Position numbers and translations under genes: made by a program
Shown here: piece after piece, positions 17,083-20,000 of the stretch
Numbering within the stretch: the stretch's first letter is position 1
Layout of the letters: the number at the start of each line of letters is the position of its first letter
NCBI GenBank assembly: GCA_003971905.1
Contig: RSEE01000015.1
Coordinates: 917,260-937,259 of the forward strand
Reading direction: 5' to 3'
Source of the DNA: Moniliella sp. 'wahieum'
Lineage: Eukaryota
DNA length: 20,000 nt
Notes under the pieces: model-generated
Databases searched by the model: none
What the model was told of the DNA's origin: nothing
What the model saw: only the letters and a program-made list of their open reading frames with translations

Positions 17083-20000
17083 TCAGCGCAAGCCGGTTTG
17101 CGCAAATTTGGCAAACAACGCCGCGTCGCGTTCCAGATGGCCTGGCTCGCCTTGAACGTCGCAGTGGGCGGGGCGGGGGTGGGGGCAGTGAGCGTGACTG
17201 CTGTCGGAGGTGGCGTACGGCGATGCGGAGTGGCAAGGATAGGGTCGAGGCCAGGGGAGAAGCTGGGGTGCAAGGCGGCCGATCCGAGGCTCGGAGAGGC
17301 GGCCGAGTGTAAGCTCTCCGGCCTGGGATGGGCAATCGATGCGGACGTCCGATTGGAAAGGAAGTGCGTGTGGATCCTGGCCGAGAAGGGTGGGAGGTAT
17401 GCGAGGCCGCAGTGTGCAGGGAGGCCGTGGTGGTACTTGGAGTTGTGGAAGAGTGAACCGTCCCCATCCCACTCGGATGAAGTGACACGAGACCCAGTCC
17501 AGGAGAAGGGGCCTCGCTGGTAGATGGATACATGGACTGAAAGGCCAAAGGCGGAAGGGAGGAGGGCAACTTGTTCGAGGACCGTGCCGGTGTGGATGGT
17601 GGCGATACCGTCTCCCCCTCGGCCTGTGAGTCCCGCTGAGCAGGAGTACTGGCTCGTGTATAAGAAGCCGCGGCTTTTCCCTTTAGCCAAGCAGAGGACT
17701 GGTAGGCATCGGACGGGTCCCGGCTCCAGAAACCGACCTAGGGAGCGTCGTCGCCGTATTGGGGGGGGTGGAGGCCGAAGAGCGTGGGGGCACAACAGAG
17801 GAAGAGAGTAAACTGGTTGTATACACTGGCGAGCCCACCGAATACCTCCCATCCGCCGTGCTCGAGCTGAATCGCCCCTCACCCCCACTCGCGCCACTGA
17901 CATCGCCCTTGTTGGATCGCCGATCCGACATGTCGGCCTCCTCTGCGTGCAATGGAGGGCCAACCTGTTCCCACACTTGAGCCAGAAAGCCTTCAATCCC
18001 TTCCCCAGGGAAGGAGGGGGGAGCAAAGCGAAGTGCCGCCCGCACCTCGACTGGAAGCGAGGGGTCGCGTGGGGTCATAGATGAGGGAGCGGGGTCCAGC
18101 TGGGAGAGGGAGCGCCACAACAGCGATTCCAAACTGGACAGACGAGTTTGCTGACTACGCGCAGAGAGGATCAAAGCGGCGCGCGTTGCTTCCAAGGCCA
18201 GCCAAAGATCCACGTTGGAGGAGTTGGAATCCAAATCACCATAGGGAACGAGAGCAGCCCGTTTCAACACATCTTTGAGTTCTTCGGAGGATTGACCAGG
18301 ATCAACATGCGGCTCTTCGGTGCCACTTTTGGACAGATCAGAAGATAAAGTAAGCCCAGGAGCCAAAGGCGGACCCGGGGCAGGAGAAAATAAGGGGGAA
18401 TGTAATGGCTTCTCTACCCCAGCTGAGGTGGAAGACAAGGACGAGAGTAATCGAGAAGCTGGCATCGGAGCAGGGAAGCCTGTGCAGTGGAAGGCTGACC
18501 CAACCGGAGCCCATCCGTCCAAGATTGAGAGGGGGACATGGCTTGGAATACGGGTAAGGTAGAAGGAGACGGCTTGGCACTCTTGTCTCCTGCCGTATCG
18601 TGGAGCCCTAGACCCAACCACCCATGCTCTTTCCCTCTTTCCTCCGAAAGATTGGGAGGTTGGGTGGCAGGAAATGAAGGGGTTGGATCCGGCGCCGGGG
18701 CATTGCCCGAGGGGAGCCAAGCCAACTCCTTGTCTCGATCCCGTCTGCTCTTTTCCCGTGCAGAAGAGAACGACTTTCGGCCCAGGACGGCGAGGCGAGG
18801 AGAGAGAAGAGGACGCAGCACTTGTCGTGCGGGACGCTGGTTTCCCGCCTTTGCCCCCGAAACCTATTGGGCTGGTGCTTCCGACCGCAGTGGGGTGTGC
18901 GCTTGCGACCCGCCCTGACGGGAAGATGCTGGCGGGAGAGAGGCTGGGGCCGTCGGCGGAGGAGATGGGTTGTCGATCTGGCGGGATGAGAGAAGGCCCA
19001 GTGGGTGACGGCGTGGGATGGCGCTTCAACCCATTCGCAATCCCATTAAGGGGTGTGCGAATCCAAGAGGCGAGTGGGGTCCCATCAGGGACTGCTTGGG
19101 GCGGCGAGCAAAGCCAGCGGCAAAGTGTCCTTGCGAGCTGGCACCCGTACTGGACATGTGACTCGTCTCCTCACTTGTGGGGGCAGCAGTGTAATACGAA
19201 GAACCAGAGGGCATAAGCACTTTGGTAAAGTTGCTATTGGAAAGCTCCGCCTCAAAATCAAGCTCGGCTTGGGATTTGGGCTCAGGTAAGGGGGGATTGG
19301 TGGTGCCGCGTCCAGGCCCGAGACAGAAGCCGAGTCCGAGTCTCTGTCGTGCGAGGAACGGGTGAAGAGGGCCGAGGCGGAGCTGGCAGAGAAGGTCGCA
19401 GCATCGGGAGGGAAGGAAGTTTGCCCACACGGGGTGAGAGGACGGAGCGCAAGGAACGCGAGTCGGACCCCGAGTTGGACGCTGAGCCCGAGGTGGAGGA
19501 GAGGGGCATCTCAAACAGAGAGAGCGATTCGGTATTGGATTGGGGCTCATCCCTCGAACCAAAGGAGCGTGGGAAGCCTTCGCCTGCCAGGGAGCGGGTT
19601 TCGCCGAACCGCCATCTGTGGGCTCAGCGAGCACTTCGCGTTCCACATCTGTCTCCTCGCCTCCATTGGCAGCAAGGGCAGCCAGGCTATCAATGTCGGG
19701 AGCAGCGCCTGCAGAGGTGGAGGGAAGGTCGTGCTCGTAGCGGGCACGTGCGACTGGAATCGGGGACGAAGGGGTGGTCGCAGGGTTGGTGTTGCGGCGA
19801 GCGATGCCCTGAGCAACGGCGTCCCTGGCACGGCTCAGGAAGCGGCGGCGGGCAGGCGGGGCAGGCTCGTCGCGCAGAAAGGAGGGAGGGGGGGTCGTCG
19901 GATGCGGCGGCGGGGGGGGCGGTGGTGCGGAAGAAGTGGGCGAGGTCGGCGGTGCTGGAGCTGGTGACGCCGGACGGGCGGGGGAGATGCTGGGAGCGGA
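17083..20000 (-). CDS. Large hypothetical protein, mostly Ser/Pro-rich with short conserved-looking islands; start lies beyond the window; frameshifted
   Basis: Overlapping long minus-strand ORFs (19646-19026, 19509-19282, 19029-17683, 17569-16781, 17472-17083) stitch into a natural-looking protein: TADLAHFFRTTAPP, KSQAELDFEAELSNSNFTKVL, ELKDVLKRAALVPYGDLD..DLWLALEATRAALILS, GIEGFLAQVWEQVG. A plausible C-terminus HLERDAALFAKFAQTGLR ends at the stop at 17085-17083. The exact end is uncertain. Confidence 0.7.

Noticed and set aside
1..20000. Calling the frameshifted genes pseudogenes
   Set aside because: Frameshifts affect all unrelated genes to a similar degree, while splice signals and catalytic residues are intact; sequencing error is more parsimonious.

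Overview
GC-rich eukaryotic genomic DNA with short GT-AG introns (64-88 bp) and CTAAC/CTGAC-type branch points. Gene content points to a fungus, most likely a basidiomycete (inference). Six protein-coding genes are supported: (1) the 3' end of a Rud3/GMAP-210-type GRAB-domain golgin (+); (2) a full-length Dnm1/Drp1-like dynamin-related protein (+) whose G1, G3 and G4 GTPase motifs are degenerate while stalk and GED are well conserved, i.e. a candidate pseudo-GTPase dynamin and the most interesting item here; (3) a membrane-anchored GH79 beta-glucuronidase-like glycoside hydrolase (+); (4) a large chromatin protein with a CDCA7-type zf-4CXXC_R1 finger, an H1-like basic tract, a 24-nt acidic tandem repeat and DDT/WHIM/WSD-like motifs (+); (5) a DUF2235/Tle1-like alpha/beta hydrolase (-); (6) a large Ser/Pro-rich hypothetical protein (-) that starts beyond the window. 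Every gene carries several single-base frameshifts, most likely uncorrected long-read consensus errors, so the ORF track splits genes into pieces and exact protein sequences are reconstructions. No RNA genes, CRISPR arrays or mobile elements were recognised. All family assignments come from motif recognition by eye, not from database searches.
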